NCBI GenBank assembly: GCA_045615605.1
Contig: JAZLFE010000047.1
Coordinates: forward strand, 1-33,773
Length of the DNA stretch: 33,773 nucleotides
Source: Bacilli bacterium
GTDB lineage: Bacteria; Bacillota_I; Bacilli_A; RFN20; CAG-826
Direction: 5' to 3'
The notes under the pieces are model-generated. The model was not told the origin of the DNA, did no database searches, and worked only from the letters and a program-made list of their open reading frames with translations. The position numbers and the translations under genes were made by a program. Within the stretch, counting starts at the first letter, position 1. The number at the start of each line of letters is the position of its first letter. This document shows positions 18,934-27,044 of the stretch, piece by piece.

Positions 18934-21177
18934 TTAGTTATTACTACCTCCTATTTCAAATATGGGTACTATGCCTTTTACATCATGAGCGTCCTGTGAA
19001 TAATATAAATCTCCGTCTATCTCACCTAAATTACCGTCAGTTCCAACGGCCCAAGCGTAAACAGGCGAAGAAACATCAATACTTCTAGTCCAGTAAGCAT
19101 GAGATTCTTCTGTGCCTTTTTTCTTAACGCGCTTCGAAGCCTCAACGCCATTATAATATTTAAACGCTGAACCTTCATTGGAGAATTCACCACCATACGT
19201 TTGACCATAGGTAAAGCCTAATTCTGTTGCACTTGGTATATAAAATATACGATCAATATCCTCATTATGATTTGAATCTGCACAAATAATATTCTTAGCT
19301 TCATTAACATTATTCACAAATTCCTGATCAAAATATTTTGGAAGGTCTTTATTAACAAAATTATCTAATGTTCTTTCACCATACTTAGCAGGATTATCAA
19401 ATTCTAATGTTTCCTCATTGAACTTTGCGCTTTCATCAAACATTACATCTGACAAATCAATAATTTCATCGAATTGGAAAGCTAAATAGTTGTTATGAGA
19501 TTCGACTTCTGTGGTGTTTTGATCATCAAGATCATTTTCATCAACAACAGTAACATTATAAATTTTGCCATTAGCTTCAACAGTTCTAGTAAGACCTACA
19601 AAGGTGTTTTCTTTCTTTCCGCCTTCTTTTGATTTGTACTCGTCATAATAAGGATTATTTTCGCGTTCTTCTCCATTCTCAAAGAAATCAATAATGTTAT
19701 CTTTAAAATCGCTCCAGGAATCTTTTGCAAAATCACCAGAAGATTTATATTGAGCAGTAAATGTATGTGGTCCACTTATTTTGTAATCATCATTTATTTT
19801 ATTTCCCTGTTCGTCCTTATAACCAGTCCAATCTTTAGAAATACCCTCATTTACTTCAGTCTTATATTCATCTTTGTATTCATCCCAAGTGTCTCTCTCA
19901 GGGAACCAGCCTTCTTTATGTCGAGGAGTGCCAAATCCTTCTTCGCCGCCATCAAATGTAATATTTACAGAACAACGAGCAACAATATATAGTGACTCCC
20001 CGTTTAAACCCAATATTTTGTCACTATCATTAATATCAACAAAAGTTTTTTCATTTCCAGGAGCTAAAACTTCCCTTTGCCAGTGATAAAAGCGATAAGA
20101 ATCTTTATATTTTGTATCATCTTCGTAATCATTAAAGTCTTGTTGATGTTCTTTCTTAAAATCTCCAAAGGCTGTGCCAGCTTTTACTTCATAAGTTTTT
20201 TCATTACTTGTAGAATTATAATGTTCCCCAGGATCAATAGTAACACTTAAATATTTAACTTCGTAATCAAGTCGAATATTAACATTTGAATAAACTTTAT
20301 AATCTCCAGATACAGAAATCCAATCGTGGGTGTTATCATCGTAAATTTTAAATTCGCTAAATTTTTTGGCCCAATCAGGAAGAATAATGTCAAATTTCTT
20401 TTCTATCTCCAAATTAAGACTCTGACCTAAATTAGTGTCAGGTTTAACTTTATACGAATAAGATTGTTGGATGTTAGATGAGGTTCCATCTTTAAGCCTA
20501 AGACCCCCCCCATTCGCATCAATAAAAACAGTACAGTCTTGTGTGGCCTCAGCAACAACAGATACATTGCCGTTTAAAGTAACAATAATCTTCCCAGTAT
20601 AGTTATCGTAACTATATTCATCCGCTTTAACACCTTGAACAGTGATTTCAGATGGTAACTCATAAGAATTCTCTGCACGTAAATCTAATTCAATTTTCTT
20701 ACCGTATTCAAACTTGTCATTAAATTTAGAGACTTCCTCTCCATTATAAGAAACAAAACAATGTTTACCTACAAATGATAAATCACTTAAAGGTTGTTTA
20801 TCTAAAGAAAATACTAAAGCAGTAGTAACACCTACTGCAGCTACTGCTAAAGTAGCAATTACTAGACCATTAACAAGTTTTTTCTTATTCTTACGAGGCT
20901 TAAGAGATTTATCAATAACTTCGTTATTAACTTTGAGTTTGGATTTAATAAAATTATCAGAATAGTGTTCTAGAACACCTTCTTTTATTTCAGAATCAAT
21001 ACGTTGCTTCGCTAACTGAATAACTTCTGGTTTAGTTAAGTTATTACCATCTTCGATAATTACATAACGGATAATGTTATATCCCTTAAAATCAAAAGAA
21101 ACCTCTACTATAGAACCAATAGAGGGATTATTTTCAGTTATCTGATACTCAAAATGCGCAAATCTTCTCGTTGCCAT
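18934..21177 (-). CDS. membrane-anchored surface protein with B-repeat-like domains and a C-terminal DUF6273-like domain
   Basis: About 100-aa soluble N-terminus, basic stretch, TM helix LVIATLAVAAVGVTTALVFSL, degenerate D.NGG repeats, C-terminal YIPSATEL...FKYY...YWTRS...AWAVGTDG...GIVPIF. GAGG RBS. Confidence 0.75.
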   Translation of the reverse strand: MATRRFAHFEYQITENNPSIGSIVEVSFDFKGYNIIRYVIIEDGNNLTKPEVIQLAKQRIDSEIKEGVLEHYSDNFIKSKLKVNNEVIDKSLKPRKNKKKLVNGLVIATLAVAAVGVTTALVFSLDKQPLSDLSFVGKHCFVSYNGEEVSKFNDKFEYGKKIELDLRAENSYELPSEITVQGVKADEYSYDNYTGKIIVTLNGNVSVVAEATQDCTVFIDANGGGLRLKDGTSSNIQQSYSYKVKPDTNLGQSLNLEIEKKFDIILPDWAKKFSEFKIYDDNTHDWISVSGDYKVYSNVNIRLDYEVKYLSVTIDPGEHYNSTSNEKTYEVKAGTAFGDFKKEHQQDFNDYEDDTKYKDSYRFYHWQREVLAPGNEKTFVDINDSDKILGLNGESLYIVARCSVNITFDGGEEGFGTPRHKEGWFPERDTWDEYKDEYKTEVNEGISKDWTGYKDEQGNKINDDYKISGPHTFTAQYKSSGDFAKDSWSDFKDNIIDFFENGEERENNPYYDEYKSKEGGKKENTFVGLTRTVEANGKIYNVTVVDENDLDDQNTTEVESHNNYLAFQFDEIIDLSDVMFDESAKFNEETLEFDNPAKYGERTLDNFVNKDLPKYFDQEFVNNVNEAKNIICADSNHNEDIDRIFYIPSATELGFTYGQTYGGEFSNEGSAFKYYNGVEASKRVKKKGTEESHAYWTRSIDVSSPVYAWAVGTDGNLGEIDGDLYYSQDAHDVKGIVPIFEIGGSNN

Positions 21178-21205
21178 AAAAACCTCTTTTATGGAAATAA
21201 ATATA

Positions 21206-21219
21206 TCACATAAATGTGA
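21206..21219. promoter_or_regulatory. operator-like palindrome upstream of the surface operon
   Basis: tcacat-aa-atgtga, about 28 bp upstream of the start codon. Confidence 0.35.
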
Positions 21220-21402
21220 ATATTTCTATAAAAACCATAAAAGCGTTACATTATTATCTTCAGATACATTAAATTTAGATTCAAAATTTATATGAAATTT
21301 ATTTAATATTTTCTTAATAATTTTATGGATTACTTGTAATCAATCTTATAAAATTAAATAAATAATCTAAAAGATTATTTAAACGACAAAAATATAAATC
21401 GT

Positions 21403-21545
21403 AGTGCAAAAATTTGAGTTTAAAAAACATTAAAAGTGCAAAAATTCAAAAACAGTCAAAAAGTGCAAAAATTCAAAAGTAAAAAATGCCGAAAAGTGCA
21501 AAAATTTAAGTTTAAAAAACATTAAAAGGTGCAAAAATTTAAAAG
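21403..21545. repeat. five spaced direct repeats GTGCAAAAATT
   Basis: Copies start at 21404, 21436, 21463, 21496 and 21529 (spacing 32, 27, 33, 33). Confidence 0.85.
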
Positions 21546-21590
21546 TAAAAATAAAAACTTGATTTGTTGGATTTTTACTTAAAAAAGAAT

Positions 21591-21660
21591 TTTTGTTAGA
21601 TTTTGTTAGACTTTGTTAGACTTTTTTACTTTTGTTAGATTTTGTTAGATTTTGTTAGAT
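21591..21660. repeat. 10-bp-period tandem repeat (T/C)TTTGTTAGA, two triplets
   Basis: tttgttaga starts at 21592, 21602, 21612, 21631, 21641 and 21651. Confidence 0.9.
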
Positions 21661-21666
21661 TTAATA

Positions 21667-22038
21667 TTATTTATTAAACGAATCCTTTAATTTATTAGCC
21701 TTAACAATGTAATCAAGTCGATTTTCGAATTTATCCATTCGTGTCTCTAATCTGTCTATACGAGAATTTACTTGAGAAAAACCTTGCTTCATTTCTTTTC
21801 TAACAGCAAATATTTCTCCTCGCAATGATTGAAGTATTTCTTCTTTCATGTCCTGAAGCATTGATTCAATTTTACTAGGTTTTCTCTTTTTCTTTTTTTC
21901 CATACTAGGCTTTTTAATTTCATCAAGTTCAGAAATAGTAATAAACTTTTCTTTATCTTGATCTTTCCTAATTAATTTATCATATTCTTTTCCTGAATAT
22001 GTATTAATTTTGTAATTCTTCTTATTTATTTTCATCAA
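21667..22038 (-). CDS. hypothetical coiled-coil protein
   Basis: AGGAGG RBS; heptad run VNSRIDRLETRMDKFENRLDYIV. The likely start is ATG at 22035. Confidence 0.75.
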   Translation of the reverse strand: MMKINKKNYKINTYSGKEYDKLIRKDQDKEKFITISELDEIKKPSMEKKKKRKPSKIESMLQDMKEEILQSLRGEIFAVRKEMKQGFSQVNSRIDRLETRMDKFENRLDYIVKANKLKDSFNK

Positions 22039-22134
22039 ATAATCCTCCTACTATACATATATGCAAGAAAGAAGAAAAATGTGACGAAATTAAATTGATA
22101 TTTACTAAGTAAATATATTTTTGCACGTAAAATT

Positions 22135-22170
22135 AAAAAGTTAACCAAATCACGCATTAGTTAACTTTTT
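22135..22170. terminator. inverted repeat, possible terminator for the prfA-rpiB transcript
   Basis: aaaagttaac-caaatcacgcatta-gttaactttt with A and T runs on either side. Confidence 0.45.
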
Positions 22171-22185
22171 TACTATAATTTAATT

Positions 22186-22314
22186 ATGCAAAAGAAAAAG
22201 GTAACCATTAAAGATCCTAACGCGAAGGCGATGTGGGGAAGAGTGCGCTCCACTACTTTTAAAGACAAAACAAAATATACTAGAAAACTAAAACACAAAA
22301 ATAAATATCAATAA
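22186..22314 (+). CDS. 42-aa basic protein, ArfA/BrfA-like alternative ribosome rescue factor candidate (not in ORF track)
   Basis: Manual translation MQKKKVTIKDPNAKAMWGRVRSTTFKDKTKYTRKLKHKNKYQ*. TATAAT 6 nt upstream. Stop abuts the rpiB stop. Confidence 0.6.
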   Translation: MQKKKVTIKDPNAKAMWGRVRSTTFKDKTKYTRKLKHKNKYQ

Positions 22315-22743
22315 TTACTGTTCAATTAATTTAATACGCTCAAAGTGACGTCCACCATCAAAAGGAGTGTTTAAAAATATATCTACACGCTCTAATACAT
22401 CTTTTAGATTCATAAACTTTTCACCAAATGCAATAGCGTTCGCATCATTATGGTGTCTCATTAAAGAGACTACTTCATTAGAATAACCTAATCCACATCT
22501 AATCCCTTTATAGCGATTAGCTGTCATCATAACTCCTTCTCCAGTAGTGCACACTAAGATAATTCGATCCACTTGATTATTAACTAACATCTCACACGCT
22601 TTTTTAGCGTATATTGGATAATGAGTAGATTCTTTTGTATTAGTGCCGCAATCAAAAACTATATGATTGTGTTCTTTTAAATATTTAATGATTTCATTTT
22701 TATAATTTAGACCGCCATGGTCACTAGCTAAGGCAATTTTCAT
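22315..22743 (-). CDS. rpiB: RpiB/LacA/LacB family sugar-phosphate isomerase
   Basis: IALASDHGG, ILVCTTGEG, ANRYKGIR, RHHNDAN, FDGGRH..R. Confidence 0.93.
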   Translation of the reverse strand: MKIALASDHGGLNYKNEIIKYLKEHNHIVFDCGTNTKESTHYPIYAKKACEMLVNNQVDRIILVCTTGEGVMMTANRYKGIRCGLGYSNEVVSLMRHHNDANAIAFGEKFMNLKDVLERVDIFLNTPFDGGRHFERIKLIEQ

Positions 22744-23345
22744 AATTTGTTATATAAATTAATTAATTTCCTAGAAGGAACTTTTCCTTCTCGGATTACT
22801 TTTATTTTATCACTAATTGAGATTACCGTAGATGGTTTATCCGGTTTTATTTTTTTAACTATAACCGCGCTTAATTCCTTAGAAAATTCTTTTTTAATAT
22901 CGTTAATATCGTTAAGCGGAGGTTTATCACTTCGATTTAAAGAAGGCACTAATAAAGGACCAGTTAATTTAAGTAAAGATAAAGTTGATTTAAAATCAGG
23001 AACTCTAAATCCTATATATCCATCTTTACTTAAATAAGAAGGAAGATTATCTTTTGCCTTTATAACAATAGTGACTGAACCTGGTAATATCTTCTTAATA
23101 AAAGAATCAATTTTTTTATTAGTAACGGCAAACTTCTTTATATCTTTAATATCACCAAGCATTAAAGTATAAGGTTTATTTGGCTTTCTTCTTTTTAATT
23201 TATTAAGTGCATTATAAGCTTTTATAGAATCGTATCTAGCAGCTACTCCATAGACAGTTTCGGTAGGAAAGGCTACTAATTTAGATGCTTTTAAAAGCTT
23301 ACTAGCCTTAACTAAACTATCTTTAGAACTATTTAAAATTAACAT
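22740..23345 (-). CDS. tsaC: L-threonylcarbamoyladenylate synthase (TsaC/Sua5/YrdC)
   Basis: VAFPTETVYG, KRR..NKP, LPGSVT, GFRVP, PSLNRS, PSTVI, IREG. Confidence 0.93.
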   Translation of the reverse strand: MLILNSSKDSLVKASKLLKASKLVAFPTETVYGVAARYDSIKAYNALNKLKRRKPNKPYTLMLGDIKDIKKFAVTNKKIDSFIKKILPGSVTIVIKAKDNLPSYLSKDGYIGFRVPDFKSTLSLLKLTGPLLVPSLNRSDKPPLNDINDIKKEFSKELSAVIVKKIKPDKPSTVISISDKIKVIREGKVPSRKLINLYNKL

Positions 23346-23623
23346 TAATGAACCGATCTATAATAATGCTTCGCGTAGTAGATAATCTTACCATTATTAA
23401 TAAGAGCTTTAATCTTCTCTTTCGCAAAATTCATCGCTGATTTATCATCAATCTCTTTATCAACAAATATAAAATAAGATACTAATAAATCTTTATAAGG
23501 AAATCTAACTTCTATTTCTTTAAATTTAGTGTTGTCTTTATTGTCTTTAAAAGAGAAAGTGAAATCTTTTAAAGAATAATCTTCACTTTTTTTAAAAACT
23601 TTGGTGTCATTATTCTTTTCCAT
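23345..23623 (-). CDS. small hypothetical protein
   Basis: Fills the prmC-tsaC gap, TAATG coupling to tsaC, TATAAT 8 nt upstream of ATG 23623. Confidence 0.65.
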   Translation of the reverse strand: MEKNNDTKVFKKSEDYSLKDFTFSFKDNKDNTKFKEIEVRFPYKDLLVSYFIFVDKEIDDKSAMNFAKEKIKALINNGKIIYYAKHYYRSVH

Positions 23624-23663
23624 ACCCAACAATTATATATGAGTTTTAAATATATTTAAAGAT

Positions 23664-24488
23664 TTATATCGCAATGGTAAGAAAACGGATTTTCTTATTA
23701 ATATCATAAGAAAAATTAAAACTCGCTTTATCTAGTGACCTCGCCATTAACTTCTTAAGATCATCAACTAAATTAGGAGCGATTTCAAATAACATCAAAC
23801 TAGGTTTATTATATCGATTACTATTAATAACTTTTTTATATACATTATTAGAAGATAATATAAATAGAGCATCATGAGGTTCATAATCTAAAACACTTTT
23901 ATCGACATCTTTTTTATATTTTATATAAGGCGGATTAGAAATAATCACATCGTAATTAACTTTATTATTTGGGAATGTATCCGCCTTATATAAATTAATA
24001 TCAACGTGATTCTCTTTAATATTCCTCTTTGCAACTTTAAGTGCTTGCTCACTAATATCAGTAGCGTCTATAGTAGCGTATTTAAATTCCTTTTTTAAGG
24101 AAATAGCGATTACTCCACTTCCAGTACCAATATCTAATATTCTTAATTTCTTTTTATTAGGAAAATATTCTTTAATTCTTTTTATCGCTAAGACGACTAA
24201 TTCTTCGGTTTCTACTCGAGGGATAAGAACACCCTTATCTACATAATAAATATTGCCTAAAAAGTATGCTTTATTAGTGATATAACTAAGTGGTTCGCCT
24301 TTAATTAATCGATTAAAGGCTTTTCTAATCCTAGAAGTATCAATAATTTCTTCATCTAATTTTAAATAAAAAGATGATGATTCTTTTAATTTAAGAATAT
24401 CGGTAATTAAAAAACGAATATCCATTTCGTTTATTTGATATTTCTTACCTTCTTTAATTAATGATATATATAAATCTTTTAATTTCAT
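23664..24488 (-). CDS. prmC: release factor glutamine methyltransferase
   Basis: [33 protein letters not shown]; overlaps the prfA stop. Confidence 0.96.
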   Translation of the reverse strand: MKLKDLYISLIKEGKKYQINEMDIRFLITDILKLKESSSFYLKLDEEIIDTSRIRKAFNRLIKGEPLSYITNKAYFLGNIYYVDKGVLIPRVETEELVVLAIKRIKEYFPNKKKLRILDIGTGSGVIAISLKKEFKYATIDATDISEQALKVAKRNIKENHVDINLYKADTFPNNKVNYDVIISNPPYIKYKKDVDKSVLDYEPHDALFILSSNNVYKKVINSNRYNKPSLMLFEIAPNLVDDLKKLMARSLDKASFNFSYDINKKIRFLTIAI

Positions 24489-25558
24489 TTATTAAGCATC
24501 TTTTGTTCATTATCAAAATGGATTAAGGCTTCAATAATATCTTCAATATCCCCTTCCATTACTCTATCTAATTCTTGTAATGTAAAGTTAATACGATGAT
24601 CAGTGACTCGATTTTGTGGATAGTTATAAGTTCTTATCTTCTCGCTTCGTTCTCCATGCCCTACTTTAAGTTTTCTTTCTTTGCCTAACTTCTCTTGTTG
24701 TTCATCAAGGGCTTTTTGATATACCTTAGTTCTTAACATCTGCATGCAGATTTCTCTATTTTGTATTTGGCTCTTCTCGGTTTGACAAGAGACGACAATT
24801 CCAGTAGGTTTATGCGTCATTCTTACTGCCGATTCAGTCTTATTAACGTTTTGACCCCCTGCGCCTTGACTACGATAAGTATCGACTTGAATATCACTAG
24901 GGTTAATTACAATATCAATTTCTTCCGCTTCTGGCATTACTAGTACAGTAGCGGTAGATGTATGAATACGCCCACTCGCTTCCGTTTTAGGTACGCGCTG
25001 TACACGATGCGCGCCCGATTCATATTTAAGTTTAGAATATACTTTTTCTCCGCTTATCTTAAAGGAAATATTAGAGAATCCTCCCGCATTAGAATATGAA
25101 GCATCTAATAATTGAATTCTCCAATTATTCTTTTCAGCGTACTTTGTATACATTCTAAATAAATCACCTGCGAAGATATTAGCTTCATCTCCTCCTACCG
25201 CTCCTTTAATCTCAACAATAATGTTTTTATCATCATTAGGATCTTGCGGTAATAGTAAAACTGTTAACTTAGCGATTAATTCTTCCATTAAATTAGATAA
25301 TCTTTTATGTTCTTCTTTACCAAAATTAGCAATCTCACTATCTTTATCATTAGACATTACTAAAGCATCTTTAATATTCTTCTCCGCTTCTAGATATTGT
25401 TTAAATAATTCATTAATTTCTTCAAGTAACGCTCTTTCTTTACTTAAATCACGAAAAAGCTTCTTGTTTTTAATAGTAGATTCAAGAAGTAATTGATTAT
25501 CAATTTCTTTTAATCTAGTCATAGAAGCGACTAGACGATTACGCATATTTTCTTCCAT
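24485..25558 (-). CDS. prfA: peptide chain release factor 1
   Basis: [19 protein letters not shown] (PxT specificity motif), [27 protein letters not shown]. Confidence 0.98.
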   Translation of the reverse strand: MEENMRNRLVASMTRLKEIDNQLLLESTIKNKKLFRDLSKERALLEEINELFKQYLEAEKNIKDALVMSNDKDSEIANFGKEEHKRLSNLMEELIAKLTVLLLPQDPNDDKNIIVEIKGAVGGDEANIFAGDLFRMYTKYAEKNNWRIQLLDASYSNAGGFSNISFKISGEKVYSKLKYESGAHRVQRVPKTEASGRIHTSTATVLVMPEAEEIDIVINPSDIQVDTYRSQGAGGQNVNKTESAVRMTHKPTGIVVSCQTEKSQIQNREICMQMLRTKVYQKALDEQQEKLGKERKLKVGHGERSEKIRTYNYPQNRVTDHRINFTLQELDRVMEGDIEDIIEALIHFDNEQKMLNK

Positions 25559-25576
25559 AATCGTATTGATTATAAA

Positions 25577-26467
25577 TTAACTTTTCTTTTTTTTCATTAA
25601 AGCTTGATACGCTACATCAAGAATTAACTCTTTTCTTTTTTTAATCATCGAGTAATAAAATTTCTTTTGAATATTACTTAAACAATCAATTTCATCAATT
25701 ATTTTTTTGATTTCATTTAGATTAATCTTAGGATTTAATTCTTCTAAAGCTTTATTACAATCTTTATTTTCTAATGAATTAATAAAATTAAAATAATTTA
25801 TTTTCTCATTATTAAGTGTAATCGCGCTTAAAGGACGATCGTATATCCTACGCATAATCTCTTTATTATTATTTAAGATTGCCAACATCATTTTCTCATC
25901 CGCTTGAGGGAATAAAGAAGAACCGTTATCAAATACTGGAGCAATCTTTACATCATCTTTATCTATATTATATAAATAACCCCAGTTACCGTTATGGCGA
26001 TCCCAATTACCTAATAAAGCATCTATAATAAATACTCTCCAAAAGAAATCATTAATAACATCAAACGCGATGATATCTTGATTAGAAAAAGTATCCATTA
26101 TATCTTTTAGTTCAGTAGAATGACCTAAACTTTTTGAATCAACAACTTGATTATGTAAAGAGATAAAATCATAGAAACGATATCCCTTAATCTCAAAGTC
26201 TTTACATAGGACCGCTAAACGTTTAACACTATTATAGGTATAAAAACCTAAAACAGTTTCTTGAACTGGAATTCCTACTAGAGAGAAAATTTTAGACGCT
26301 AAATATTCACTAATTGGAGAATTAGCGTAAGATAATTTATCGTTCATTGAAGCTTTATTAGGTAGTTTAAGCATATAAAGTTCATTTTGATAAATAACTG
26401 ATTTTTTATTGCCATTCGCACCACCATAACTTTTCTTTTTAGTAATTAAAGAAGTAAAATCTAACAT
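25577..26467 (-). CDS. HipA-like kinase domain protein (putative toxin)
   Basis: YGGANG, YMLK, SEYL, VLCKDF, DALLGNWDRHNGNWG, APVFDNGSSL. Confidence 0.85.
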   Translation of the reverse strand: MLDFTSLITKKKSYGGANGNKKSVIYQNELYMLKLPNKASMNDKLSYANSPISEYLASKIFSLVGIPVQETVLGFYTYNSVKRLAVLCKDFEIKGYRFYDFISLHNQVVDSKSLGHSTELKDIMDTFSNQDIIAFDVINDFFWRVFIIDALLGNWDRHNGNWGYLYNIDKDDVKIAPVFDNGSSLFPQADEKMMLAILNNNKEIMRRIYDRPLSAITLNNEKINYFNFINSLENKDCNKALEELNPKINLNEIKKIIDEIDCLSNIQKKFYYSMIKKRKELILDVAYQALMKKKKS

Positions 26468-26468
26468 A

Positions 26469-26912
26469 TTATTCCTCCAATAAATTTAAATATTTTTTAA
26501 ATAGATAATCGTATTGTTTTCTAGTAATTTCCTGTTTGATAAATGAACTTTTAATCTCGCTAGTTAAAATTGATAAATAGTATTCAATACCACCTAAATT
26601 ATTATTAACAAATGCTCGTTTATATCCGTTTAATGCATGCTTTATCTTCTTAGGTAAATCTATTTCTAAATATGATTCATCCTTAGGCATTTTAGTTATC
26701 TTATCAATTTCATCTGGTTGATCTAATTCAATTAAATATTCCATTGATACTTTTAAAGACTTCGCTAATTTATATAATGTATCACCACTAGAATTTTTAA
26801 TTAATGTTCTTCCTGAACATATATCTACAATAGTAGTACGAGGTACACCACTAACAACACTTAATCGATATTGAGTCATTTTCTTTTTTAAGAGTAAGTC
26901 AAGAAAATTCAT
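26469..26912 (-). CDS. XRE-family HTH regulator (putative antitoxin)
   Basis: MTQYRLSVVSGVPRTTIVDICSG HTH. Start moved to ATG 26912, directly behind a promoter. Confidence 0.85.
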   Translation of the reverse strand: MNFLDLLLKKKMTQYRLSVVSGVPRTTIVDICSGRTLIKNSSGDTLYKLAKSLKVSMEYLIELDQPDEIDKITKMPKDESYLEIDLPKKIKHALNGYKRAFVNNNLGGIEYYLSILTSEIKSSFIKQEITRKQYDYLFKKYLNLLEE

Positions 26913-26918
26913 AACTAA

Positions 26919-26947
26919 ATTATGTCGGTACACCAACATATAGTCAA
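26919..26947 (-). promoter_or_regulatory. promoter with embedded operator palindrome
   Basis: TTGACT, 17 bp, CATAAT, 6 nt, ATG. Palindrome tatgtcggt-ac-accaacata (26921-26940) covers the spacer and -10. Confidence 0.75.
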
Positions 26948-27044
26948 GCAAAATATATTTAATCGCTTAAAATAATTTGCTTTAATATCATTAAAATCTT
27001 ATAATCTATTAGTCTGTTTATATATAAACAAGGTTTTTAAAAGT

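Noticed and set aside
18934-19300. Diversity-generating retroelement target in the DUF6273-like C-terminus
   Set aside because: No reverse transcriptase and no template repeat seen in the window. The IR mismatches (G/C and G/A) do not form an adenine-specific pattern.
21403-21660. CRISPR array
   Set aside because: Repeats are only 9-12 bp, spacers are A-rich and partly duplicated, and there are no cas genes.
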